Source: an uncultured Candidatus Saccharibacteria bacterium
GTDB lineage: Bacteria; Patescibacteriota; WWE3; UBA101185; UBA10185
Direction of reading: 5' to 3'
Length of the DNA: 59,676 bases
Assembly (NCBI GenBank): GCA_964510435.1
Contig: CAZEBU010000004.1
Location: 1-59,676, forward strand
Every line of letters begins with the position of its first letter. Position 1 is the stretch's first letter. The translations under genes and the position numbers were made by a program. This document shows, piece by piece, positions 1 to 8,353 of this stretch. The notes under the pieces were generated by a model. That model saw nothing but the letters and a program-made list of their open reading frames with translations. It did no database searches and was not told where the DNA came from.

Positions 1-146
1 TTGGCACTTCTTATAGCAGCTGTCACTACAAGATCCTCCTCTGAGGGAGATTCTGACTTACTCGTCGAACAAGCTGCTGAAACAAATGCTGCAAATAGCA
101 GCAAGGTGGCACCAAATACAACAAGACGCTTCTTGTACCATCTCAT
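1..146 (-). CDS. Lipoprotein, N-terminal part (runs off the window edge)
   Basis: Manual translation MRWYKKRLVVFGATLLLFAAFVSAAC-STSKSE: basic N-region, hydrophobic core, lipobox SAAC; AAGGAG SD upstream. Confidence 0.7.
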   Translation of the reverse strand, partial: MRWYKKRLVVFGATLLLFAAFVSAACSTSKSESPSEEDLVVTAAIRSA

Positions 147-423
147 AGCTTCTTACTCCTTTGCTATTTTTTTCCTCTTATGAGGGCAAAAAAAATCGGT
201 GTGGAATAAATCCGCAATCATTGCCAATCGAATGTCAAGGTTCTTAAACAAACTCAGAAAAATCTACTGAGTTTATGGGAAATTTGCCAGTCTGAAATAC
301 ACAAATTGATTATATTACAAATAGGGTAGTCTTTGGCCTATATTCTACACATTTTTATGAATATTTCAACTGCAATAAGTGGAGTTTTACCTGTTATCCT
401 GCTAAAATCATTTTGAATTTAAT

Positions 424-1545
424 ATGAAAAACAAGCTTCTAAAATTTTTTTACAAAAACTTGCTGAAACCCATCTTTTTTTCCTTCGAAGCAGATATAGT
501 ACACGAGAGAATACTTAAAATGGGCGGTAAACTAGGAAAATCCGCTATAGGAAAATTTCTCACTAAAACAACGTTTTATTACCAAAACCCTGCTTTAAAA
601 CAAGAAGTACTTGGATTAGAATTTACTAATCCGGTTGGTCTGTCAGCCGGTTTTGACAAGGATGCCGATCTCATCAATATTCTACCCGAAGTAGGCTTCT
701 CTTACTCCCAAGTGGGAACCGTAACCTATAATCCATATAAAGGTAATAAAAAGCCATGGACCCACAGATTAAAAAAATCACGTGCCATATTAGTAAACTA
801 CGGCCTTAAAAATATCGGTGTAAAAAAAGTCGTCGAAAAAATCAAGGGGAGCACACCCAACCATAATTTTTTACTCAGCGTCTCCGTTGGAAAAACAAAT
901 TCAGAAGACACAGTTAACGACCGCGAAGGCATCAAAGACTATTACAATTGCCTAAAATACTTTGTAGATCATGAGGTAGCAGATTTCTATACCATCAATA
1001 TTTCCTGCCCTAACACCTTTGGCGGAGAACCCTTTACGGAGCCTGAGAAACTAAACAATTTACTTAAAAATTTATCGGAAATTAAACACCAAAAACCTGT
1101 TTTCCTCAAAATGCCCATAAATTCAAGCTGGGACGAGTTTAAGTCATTATGTGAAACTGCCATAAAATACGGTTGTAGCGGGGTAATTATAGGTAATCTA
1201 AACAAAAACAGAAATGACCCGGCGGTATTAGATCCCATACCTAAAAACCTGGAAGGAAACGTCAGCGGTAAACCAACCAAAAAGTTGAGCAACGAACTCA
1301 TTTCCAAAACATACCAAGAATTTGGAGATAAACTAGTTATTGTAGGTGTGGGAGGAATCTTTTCACCGGAGGACGCTTATGAAAAAATCAAGAGAGGAGC
1401 CTCTCTATTACAAATAATCACCGGTATGATCTATGAAGGCCCACAGCTTATCGGTGAAATTAATAGAGGACTCGTTAGCCTCATGAAAAAAGACGGTTAT
1501 AAAAACATTTCCCAAGCTGTAGGAACTTACCACACTAAAACATAA
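424..1545 (+). CDS. pyrD: Dihydroorotate dehydrogenase (quinone, class 2)
   Basis: Motifs NPVGLSAGFDK, INISCPNT, SGKP, GVGGI, QIITGMIYEGP. Confidence 0.95.
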   Translation: MKNKLLKFFYKNLLKPIFFSFEADIVHERILKMGGKLGKSAIGKFLTKTTFYYQNPALKQEVLGLEFTNPVGLSAGFDKDADLINILPEVGFSYSQVGTVTYNPYKGNKKPWTHRLKKSRAILVNYGLKNIGVKKVVEKIKGSTPNHNFLLSVSVGKTNSEDTVNDREGIKDYYNCLKYFVDHEVADFYTINISCPNTFGGEPFTEPEKLNNLLKNLSEIKHQKPVFLKMPINSSWDEFKSLCETAIKYGCSGVIIGNLNKNRNDPAVLDPIPKNLEGNVSGKPTKKLSNELISKTYQEFGDKLVIVGVGGIFSPEDAYEKIKRGASLLQIITGMIYEGPQLIGEINRGLVSLMKKDGYKNISQAVGTYHTKT

Positions 1546-1596
1546 CCCTCACTTTTGTATTATGATGAAAGTAAGGTAAAATACTTTTAGCTTTTT

Positions 1597-1672
1597 GCCT
1601 CCGTAGCTCAGAGGATAGAGCAGTTCCCTTCTAAGGAAAAGGTCGGGGGTTCGAATCCCTCCGGAGGTGCCA
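1597..1672 (+). tRNA. tRNA-Arg(TCT)
   Basis: Cloverleaf GCCTCCG...CT-TCT-AA...TTCGAAT...CGGAGGT-G-CCA. Confidence 0.95.
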
Positions 1673-1697
1673 TTATCTAATTTTTAAAGGCTTAAAC

Positions 1698-2090
1698 GTG
1701 GAAGGTTGCATTTTCTGTAAAATCATTAAAGGCAAGATTCCCAGCTATACGATCTGGGAAAATGACGAATTCATGGCTTTTCTGGATATCTTTCCCTTAG
1801 AGAGAGGCATGACTCTAATTACGCCAAAACAGCACCTTCCCAGCTATGTGGTAGAACTTGACAACGAAGTTTTAGCTAAACTGCTTGACGCTATGCGGGA
1901 AGTAGCTAAAATTTTAGACGATAAATTGCAAGATTCTTTGCGAACCACTTTCTTGTTCGAAGGAATAGACGTTGATCACCTGCACGTCAAGCTTATTCCT
2001 TTCTATAAAGATAAACTTGAGTCGCACAAATTACCCAAAAAAGCTACTGACCAAGAATTGTCAAAACTAGCGCAATATCTAAGAAGCTAA
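1698..2090 (+). CDS. HIT family hydrolase
   Basis: CIFCKII N-terminus, FLDIFP, HLHVK (third His of the triad is Lys). Confidence 0.9.
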   Translation: MEGCIFCKIIKGKIPSYTIWENDEFMAFLDIFPLERGMTLITPKQHLPSYVVELDNEVLAKLLDAMREVAKILDDKLQDSLRTTFLFEGIDVDHLHVKLIPFYKDKLESHKLPKKATDQELSKLAQYLRS

Positions 2091-2122
2091 TATAATACTT
2101 CTTGAAACTGCTTTTTTAACCT

Positions 2123-2209
2123 GGGCGAGTGGCGGAATCGGCAGACGCGACAGACTTAAAATCTGTTGTCCGAAAGGACGTGAGGGTTCGAGTCCCTCCT
2201 TGCCCACCA
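2123..2209 (+). tRNA. tRNA-Leu(TAA)
   Basis: GGGCGAG...ACAGA-CTTAAAA-TCTGT, long variable arm, CCA end. Confidence 0.95.
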
Positions 2210-2237
2210 TTTGTTTTAACTGTGCTAACATATCACC

Positions 2238-2930
2238 ATGGGAAAGATTAAGCTAGAACATGTATTGGTGGCTGGCATATTTTTACTCATCATATTTGGC
2301 GTAACCATAAACGTACACAAGCAACTTTCCATAGATAGATCAAAAATTCCACAAAAAGTGGAGGAGAATAGGGGGTTTCAAAGGTGGATCACCAATCTTA
2401 AAAACAAGGGGCTGGAACAAGTAAACGCTGATGAATTCAGATTGATCGAAGAAAACGAGATCTACAACACCCGCTGGATGAGTGTTTATTCTTCCGACGA
2501 CGAAGAGAGGCTGCTCGAGTTCGAAAAGGCAATGGAAAATCTGCAAAAAACAGATATGGTTATTTATTCCCCCAGTGAAAGGCTTTACATAGATTATAGA
2601 AACGTACTAAGAGGTGATTATAAAGCAAACGAGGTACATTTTCACGGCATAAGAGACGATAAAATAATAGATGCCAGAATACTGGACTGTTCAAAAAGAG
2701 CTAATTGTTATTTTGACCGAGCCTACTTTTTAAGCAACGACGTTTTTGTCATCTCCGAGTTTTCCCGCAACATAGACAAAAAAGATCAAACAACGCCTCT
2801 TTGCCCGTTAGAAGAAGAATGCGCCTACACCATAAAAATTCACGTCATCGACTTGATCAACAACTCTCGCTTGGTATACGAATCAAAACCGTTTAATATA
2901 GTACTTAGCGAGTTAATTCCTGAGTTATAA
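2238..2930 (+). CDS. Hypothetical protein with N-terminal membrane anchor
   Basis: 230-aa ORF, hydrophobic N-terminus, Cys pairs; leaderless-type promoter tgcTAACAT-N6-ATG. Confidence 0.75.
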   Translation: MGKIKLEHVLVAGIFLLIIFGVTINVHKQLSIDRSKIPQKVEENRGFQRWITNLKNKGLEQVNADEFRLIEENEIYNTRWMSVYSSDDEERLLEFEKAMENLQKTDMVIYSPSERLYIDYRNVLRGDYKANEVHFHGIRDDKIIDARILDCSKRANCYFDRAYFLSNDVFVISEFSRNIDKKDQTTPLCPLEEECAYTIKIHVIDLINNSRLVYESKPFNIVLSELIPEL

Positions 2931-2934
2931 CCAG

Positions 2935-3207
2935 ATGTACGTGCCCGACAAAACATATACCAGATACGAATCTCTCAAAGATCACAAATATGCCATTCTT
3001 GGTGCAGTTTTATTGATCTTGACGGTTATTTTTCTGATCTTCATCATTTTGGGCAGGTTTGATTGCGAGATCACACATTTAACAGAAGGGGTTTTTCAAA
3101 CTTGCGAATGTAGCGGCCTGGAAATAACCGTAAAAAGTATCACCAATAGCGGAGAACAAAAGACCGTTTGCTTAGGCAGAATTGTTTCCAGCCAGAAATT
3201 CAAATAG
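2935..3207 (+). CDS. Small membrane-anchored Cys-containing hypothetical protein
   Basis: One TM helix then C..CECSG..CLG; 4 nt after the previous gene. Confidence 0.7.
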   Translation: MYVPDKTYTRYESLKDHKYAILGAVLLILTVIFLIFIILGRFDCEITHLTEGVFQTCECSGLEITVKSITNSGEQKTVCLGRIVSSQKFK

Positions 3208-3254
3208 CTCTGTTTGTGATAAAATGGCAGTTGACCTCAGACTAGAGGTTTTTA

Positions 3255-3330
3255 CGGGGTGTAGCTCAGTAGGTAGAGTGCGCGGTTTGGGACCGTGAGG
3301 TCGTCGGTTCGAGTCCGACCACCCCGACCA
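3255..3330 (+). tRNA. tRNA-Pro(TGG)
   Basis: CGGGGTG...CGCGG-TTTGGGA-CCGTG...CACCCCG-A-CCA. Confidence 0.95.
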
Positions 3331-3358
3331 AGCTAAACCTTTTTCATACTCTTTCATA

Positions 3359-3490
3359 TTGCAATCCATATTAGAGCTTGCTAGTGTAGATAAACTAGCT
3401 GGGAAAATTATTGAAAATCGGCAAGAAAGGATTTTTATGGGCAGAAGAATTCAAAACCACGAAAAAAGAGTAGGTGATCTGGAGAAGTAA
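3359..3490 (+). pseudogene. Remnant 3' end of a small coiled-coil protein gene
   Basis: Open frame ...SVDKLAGKIIENRQERIFMGRRIQNHEKRVGDLEK* with heptad pattern and no good start. Confidence 0.35.
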
Positions 3491-3518
3491 AATATTTAAG
3501 CAAACATCCCGTGGAAGC

Positions 3519-3715
3519 ATGAAAAAAAGCTTTTTTTTCTAGAGGTACGGTAGAGGTGGCTAAAAAATTACTATGTTAAAGTTGTTGCTCACAAATATAG
3601 AGGCCTTTGGCTCCTTGTTCTACCAGTAGAAACTGAAGCCTACAAGCTCGAAGAAAAAGGAAGTCATGCCTCTCTCTTATCATCACCAACCAAAGCTGCG
3701 GTTAGTGTACTTTAG
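3519..3715 (+). pseudogene. Frameshifted, truncated 3-methyladenine DNA glycosylase (MPG/AAG family) remnant
   Basis: Joined across two frameshifts: MKKSFF/SRGTVEVAKKLL/KVVAHKYRGLWL..PVETEAYKLEEKGSHASL; ETEAY and SHA are MPG motifs. Confidence 0.75.
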
Positions 3716-4028
3716 ACCCGTTCGGCACTTCTTCTTCCGGAGTAAGCAGCACAGCGCCACCCTGGTCCACCGCTATAAAAACTCCGTTACTCTCAACGCC
3801 CATGATCTTGGCCGGCTCTATATTTACCGCAATGGGAACTTGCTTGCCTATAAGATCTTCTGGAGCTAAAAACTTACCAAACCCGGCCACAACCTGCCTT
3901 TCCTCATCACCTAAATTGATCATAACTTTAAGTAATTTTTTGGAACCTTCAACCCTTTCGGCACTAATAACGGTGCCTATTTTTAATTCTAATTCCGCAA
4001 ATTGTTCAAACTTAACCGTTTTAGACAT
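3702..4028 (-). CDS. Stand-alone tRNA-binding OB-fold protein (Trbp111/CsaA/MetRS C-terminal-like)
   Basis: FAELELKIGTV..A..V.GSKKLL, RQVVAG, NIEPAKIMGVESNG. Confidence 0.9.
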   Translation of the reverse strand: MSKTVKFEQFAELELKIGTVISAERVEGSKKLLKVMINLGDEERQVVAGFGKFLAPEDLIGKQVPIAVNIEPAKIMGVESNGVFIAVDQGGAVLLTPEEEVPNGSKVH

Positions 4029-4150
4029 GCAAATAGTCTATCACAGCTACAAAATCCATTTGTGACAGCAATACACGAATGTTATAATACCAAGCAATCA
4101 ACTAATAAACAGAAATATTCTGTTAGCAAATATACGAAGGGAAGGACACT

Positions 4151-4678
4151 GTGGGCAGTACATTCTTTGCATCAGTAAGGACTTTCTACACGTTTTGGGT
4201 GAATAGAGAGAGCACGGACAGAACTGCTATATCTTTTCTTGGTGCGTGTTCGGACTTCTTCCTCATCTCTATGTTCCTTGCGGCTTTGGTTTTTTTAATT
4301 ACAAAATTCCTAGGTCTAGAGTGGCCGGAAATACGGCCGGGTTACGTGGAACTACAATCTTGGGAAGGGGTGCTAGTGCCCGTCCTCGAAGAGCTGCTAT
4401 TCAGAGGTTTTCCTTTAGGTATAGCGTTTTTGATCCACAAAAAAGTTGGGGGAAACATCTTCTTCTGGGTAATGGGAATCTCATCAAGTTTGCTCTTTGG
4501 ATTGGTACACATAACCAACTATGTCGGATTTGAACCTCATTATCTCCTAGTAGTGAGCAACCACACGTTGCTAGGGTTTGTACTCTATTGGATGGCTCGA
4601 ACGTGGGGCCTGGGTTACTCTATCCTTTATCACTTGGGATACAATGGTGTGCTAACCCTGTTCGCGAAAATTGTCTAA
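4151..4678 (+). CDS. CPBP (CAAX/Abi) intramembrane metalloprotease
   Basis: EELLFRG, FGLVH and HxxxN motifs; multiple TM helices. Confidence 0.85.
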   Translation: MGSTFFASVRTFYTFWVNRESTDRTAISFLGACSDFFLISMFLAALVFLITKFLGLEWPEIRPGYVELQSWEGVLVPVLEELLFRGFPLGIAFLIHKKVGGNIFFWVMGISSSLLFGLVHITNYVGFEPHYLLVVSNHTLLGFVLYWMARTWGLGYSILYHLGYNGVLTLFAKIV

Positions 4679-4685
4679 ACGCCTA

Positions 4686-4723
4686 GGGGCTATGGAAATT
4701 AAACCATCTATAGCTCCTTTTTT
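4686..4723 (+). terminator. Rho-independent terminator
   Basis: GGGGCTATGG...CTATAGCTCC hairpin followed by a T-run. Confidence 0.6.
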
Positions 4724-4737
4724 AATTCTTTAATTAC

Positions 4738-5403
4738 TTATTTAAGAAGCTTTAAAAAAGTCCTAACTTCCTCTTTTCTGGTTTTTAAATCCTTGTTCTT
4801 GGCCAATTTTAAGGCTTTTTCACCCAATTTCTTAGCCCGTTTCAATTGGTTTCGGTTATACATAATGAGTGCTTTAGTTAGTAGGATCTTGCTTTCCCAA
4901 ATGGATCTGTGGGGATCTTTGGTCTTTTTTTTGGCCTTCTTAAAAATACCTTCTGCTTTTTTGATGGTTCTGAAGGCATCCCTGACTCTGCCGGTTCTTA
5001 ATTGAAAAGTAGCTATATGAGACAAAATATCAGCCTTGTCGGCAGGTTTTTTAAATAACGGAAGTGCTTCCAGACCATACTTAAGTGCTCTTTCATAGTT
5101 TCCTGAAGAATTGGCGAGCGACATTAATGCTCGTAAGATAAGCATTTTCTCAATTTTGTGTTTTTTTGCAACCTGCATTGATTCTTCCGCTAATTCAAGA
5201 CCCCGCAAATTTTGATGTACGGCCTTTAACTTTTCGTTATAAGCTAAGTGGTTAAGCGCTTCAGTGACATGAAACCAATCTTTGTCTTTTTCAAATAGAT
5301 CCCTAACCTCATGCAAGATTTTCTCCGCCTCCTCAAAGTGCAGATCCTCCCTGGCCTTCCAGCCTTTTTCCATCATTTTTATTAGCTCCTTATTATTACT
5401 CAT
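4738..5403 (-). CDS. TPR-repeat protein
   Basis: Repeated helical A..L..A/G motifs. Confidence 0.75.
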   Translation of the reverse strand: MSNNKELIKMMEKGWKAREDLHFEEAEKILHEVRDLFEKDKDWFHVTEALNHLAYNEKLKAVHQNLRGLELAEESMQVAKKHKIEKMLILRALMSLANSSGNYERALKYGLEALPLFKKPADKADILSHIATFQLRTGRVRDAFRTIKKAEGIFKKAKKKTKDPHRSIWESKILLTKALIMYNRNQLKRAKKLGEKALKLAKNKDLKTRKEEVRTFLKLLK

Positions 5404-5406
5404 GCT

Positions 5407-5422
5407 TTAATTATATAATTAA
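5407..5422. promoter_or_regulatory. Palindromic back-to-back -10 elements for two divergent leaderless genes
   Basis: TTAATTATATAATTAA palindrome; TATAAT lies 6-7 nt before each ATG in a 23-bp gap. Confidence 0.6.
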
Positions 5423-5426
5423 CTTA

Positions 5427-5900
5427 ATGAAAAAACTAAATCCCGATCAGTTTCGTAATTTTGTCTTTGGAGCAGAGGATAGTCTTGTCTCAACCCTAGG
5501 AATATTATTTGGTATCGCCTCCGCCGGTGGATTCAACCAACATCAATTGATCATTGCCGGTATCATCGCCATAGTGGTGTCAGCAACTTCCATGGGGGTG
5601 GGATCTTTTTTATCCGAATCTTCTGCTAGAGAAATTGACGAAAAATCCACTTTTTTACCCATTAAAGACGGTCTGGTCATGTTTTTTTCCTACTTTTTTT
5701 CAGGATTCATCCCGCTAGCACCTTACTTTATTTTCGAAGTTTCCCAAGCCAGATTCGTGTCAGCGTCAGTTTCCTTGCTGGCCCTCTTTATACTAGGATA
5801 TTTACCAGCCAAAAAACCAAGGTCCGGTTTCAAAATGGTTTTAGTGGCAGGGTTTGCAGCGTTTATAGGTTTTGCAGTAGCACATGTTTTCAGTCTTTAG
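5427..5900 (+). CDS. VIT1/CCC1 family Fe2+/Mn2+ transporter (short form)
   Basis: RNFVFGAEDSLVSTLG and ATSMGVGSFLS motifs. Confidence 0.9.
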   Translation: MKKLNPDQFRNFVFGAEDSLVSTLGILFGIASAGGFNQHQLIIAGIIAIVVSATSMGVGSFLSESSAREIDEKSTFLPIKDGLVMFFSYFFSGFIPLAPYFIFEVSQARFVSASVSLLALFILGYLPAKKPRSGFKMVLVAGFAAFIGFAVAHVFSL

Positions 5901-5939
5901 CACCTTTAATAAACTAAAAATATTTGCTATTTTTAAATA

Positions 5940-6731
5940 GTGACAAGAAAATTTGCCAAGAACTTTTTCGTACAAGATGGTAGGCCCCTAAACCCAAAAC
6001 ACGTCGACTACCTTGAGTCTCCTTTGTTTGTCAGAGAAGCAATCTCTACTTTATCTAATATCAAGCCCACAAAAAGAGAAATTTTACATGGGCATTATTT
6101 GGGGTTAAAAGGCCATCTAAATACAGTTTTTTCAAAACGGTTCTTAGTGGCTAGTTCCTCTTGGACATTAGCTTCTTTGGTAATTTCTGCTTTTTTCGCT
6201 ACAGTTCTCTTTAAGGTACCGTTGTTTATCAACAAGAATGAGGCTCCTGATAAATATTCTTTATTTGCTTCCAAACCGCTAACTCTGGACTCAATGAAGC
6301 AAAAACTGATCTACAGAGATTCCAGAGCGGTAAGGATCGATAGCGTGTTCAAACATTTTAACTGTCCGCTCACAGGATTAGGACATGCTTTCGTGGAGGA
6401 GGCTGATATCAACGGGATCCCTTACTGGATTTCTGCAGCCATTGCTTTTCAGGAGTCAAGCTGTGGTAAAAACACGCCGGTTATTGATGGTACAAAAACT
6501 AAAAATGCCTGGGGGTGGGCCACTTATGGAGATAGCGTCTATGATTTTTCGTCATATGAACAGGGCATACAAGTGGTTTCCAAATACTTAAATAAAAGGT
6601 TTTACTCCAGGGGCATCACAGATCTTTGCGAGATCATGAAAGTCTATACACCTCCATCCAAAGGCAGTTGGTGTGAGGGTGTGGAATACTTTGGAAACTT
6701 CATTCAAGATTATAAATCTCCTCAATCATAA
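5940..6731 (+). CDS. Membrane-anchored lysozyme-like (glucosaminidase/SLT-like) protein
   Basis: AIAFQESSCGK...NAWGW...YTPP; TM helix. Confidence 0.65.
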   Translation: MTRKFAKNFFVQDGRPLNPKHVDYLESPLFVREAISTLSNIKPTKREILHGHYLGLKGHLNTVFSKRFLVASSSWTLASLVISAFFATVLFKVPLFINKNEAPDKYSLFASKPLTLDSMKQKLIYRDSRAVRIDSVFKHFNCPLTGLGHAFVEEADINGIPYWISAAIAFQESSCGKNTPVIDGTKTKNAWGWATYGDSVYDFSSYEQGIQVVSKYLNKRFYSRGITDLCEIMKVYTPPSKGSWCEGVEYFGNFIQDYKSPQS

Positions 6732-6860
6732 GCATAACAACAACATTTCCCTAGGTTGCGGATATCTTTGGGATATGGTAACATTCCCAGTTGCGCGTAC
6801 GAAAAGTAACAATTTTCACGACAATTCTGCCTCAAATTAATTTCCTTAAAAAAGGTAAAT

Positions 6861-7421
6861 ATGCATGTAATTAAAGTAATCAGTTCAATAATTGTTCCTT
6901 TTATCTTTGTCTTTGCCTCAACGTTTTTGTCGCAAGGGATTACTGAAGCTAAAGTAAAAACAGAAAACGATAAGAAAGGAATTTTTCACAGCATCGAAGC
7001 CGGTAGGGTAGACAGAGTGGAAGTTTTAAAGCTGTTTTTAGAGCAGTATAATTCCCCGTTAACGGAAAACGCAGAAACTTTTGTGGCTGTGGCTGATAGA
7101 TATGGTCTGGACTATAGATTACTACCGGCAATAAGTTGCATAGAATCAGTATGTGGGAAACGCCTCATTAAAGAAAGTTACAACGCTTGGGGATGGGGGA
7201 TCTATGGAAATAATGTCATTAGCTTCGAAAATTTCGAACAGGGCATAGAAAAAGTAGGGGAGGGAATCTATAAAGGCTATGTACAAAAAGGGCTTGATAC
7301 TCCTGAGAAAATGGCTCCCGTCTATACACCTCCCAGACCCCATGTTTGGTTAGGCGGGATTAATAAATTTATGGGACAGATGAACGAAATTTCTAAACAA
7401 CTAGCCGTTTCTTCTGTATAA
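6861..7421 (+). CDS. Secreted lysozyme-like (glucosaminidase/SLT-like) protein, paralog of 5940-6731
   Basis: Signal peptide; AISCIESVCGK...NAWGW...YTPP. Confidence 0.7.
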   Translation: MHVIKVISSIIVPFIFVFASTFLSQGITEAKVKTENDKKGIFHSIEAGRVDRVEVLKLFLEQYNSPLTENAETFVAVADRYGLDYRLLPAISCIESVCGKRLIKESYNAWGWGIYGNNVISFENFEQGIEKVGEGIYKGYVQKGLDTPEKMAPVYTPPRPHVWLGGINKFMGQMNEISKQLAVSSV

Positions 7422-7443
7422 TTTACCCGAAACCACACACCAC

Positions 7444-7529
7444 GGGCGAGTGGCGGAATTTGGTATACGCGTACGGCTTAGAACCGTATTCCTCACGGAT
7501 TGAGGGTTCGAGTCCCTCCTCGCCCACCA
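7444..7529 (+). tRNA. tRNA-Leu(TAG)
   Basis: GGGCGAG...TACGG-CTTAGAA-CCGTA, long variable arm, CCA. Confidence 0.95.
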
Positions 7530-7601
7530 GCCTGTTAACATCTAATACTTTTTTTGTTATAATTCATAAAATTTCCCTACAAATAGAAGTTGGAGGATTA
7601 C

Positions 7602-7835
7602 ATGAACAAGCCCTGGGGACCGTTAGCCATTCCAAGCGAGGTGGCCATTGGAAAAGATCTACTGTTCGTTTTTGGAGGCAGCCATTTAAGCGTGAGGGTT
7701 GTAGAGGCCAGAAAAAGAGGTTGTTGCGTCGAGGTGATCGGTGTTCTGCAGGGGGGTATTCAGGACGGAATGGAGGTTGGGAGAACCTTTGACATAGAGG
7801 ATTCGTCAAGAAATATGGGGCTCTTTGAACTCTAG
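7602..7835 (+). CDS. Small hypothetical protein
   Basis: GGAGG SD before ATG 7602; upstream TGnTATAAT promoter. Confidence 0.6.
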   Translation: MNKPWGPLAIPSEVAIGKDLLFVFGGSHLSVRVVEARKRGCCVEVIGVLQGGIQDGMEVGRTFDIEDSSRNMGLFEL

Positions 7836-7950
7836 TCTTTTCAAACACAACACGGCCTTGAGAATATTGATTTTCTTTTCTCTTGAGGTGGCCTTAGCCT
7901 TAAATGTGTTTTTTCTTAAGTTAATAACACTAGTTGTTAGTTTAAGGGAG

Positions 7951-7978
7951 AAAACGACCTTACAAGGTCGTTTTTTTT
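7951..7978 (+). terminator. Rho-independent terminator
   Basis: AAAACGACCTT-AC-AAGGTCGTTTT plus T-run. Confidence 0.75.
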
Positions 7979-7986
7979 ATTGTAAA

Positions 7987-8337
7987 ATGAATTTATCCAT
8001 GATTAGAGACACCAAAGAATTTAAGGGTTTTGTTATCAACTACATAAAAATTCTTGAGGATCTAACTCACTCTGATAAGTATAAAGAGAGAGACGCCAAG
8101 TTTTTATCCCAATTAAGAACTGCTGAAAGATCGTTCAATTTTATTCTTGATCAGTTTCCCCAAAGTCATATCGAAGCTATGTTCGGGAAAGAGCGCTGGA
8201 GAGACCTTAAGCATAGAAGGGACAGGGTCGCTAGCCGTGTTTCCAGAATAATCGACGCCCATCAAGAAATTAAAAGTAGATATGTTGCTTATTGCGAGTT
8301 TTTGAAAGATACTAGAAGACACAGTAGTTCATTATAA
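7987..8337 (+). CDS. Hypothetical helical protein (start 7987 or 7999)
   Basis: ORF after the terminator; the upstream extension to 7825 overlaps RNA structure and is unlikely. Confidence 0.6.
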   Translation: MNLSMIRDTKEFKGFVINYIKILEDLTHSDKYKERDAKFLSQLRTAERSFNFILDQFPQSHIEAMFGKERWRDLKHRRDRVASRVSRIIDAHQEIKSRYVAYCEFLKDTRRHSSSL

Positions 8338-8353
8338 TTTTTAGGGAGGAATT

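Noticed and set aside
1-183. Plus-strand 60-aa ORF
   Set aside because: It is antisense to a better supported minus-strand lipoprotein start with an SD and lipobox.
6790-6860. Riboswitch in the leader of the second lysozyme-like gene
   Set aside because: Only a weak AT-rich hairpin, with no aptamer consensus I can recognise.
7460-7848. ORFs 7460-7792(+) and 7564-7848(-), and likewise 3172-3369(-)
   Set aside because: Shadow frames over tRNA genes or over the better supported 7602 ORF.
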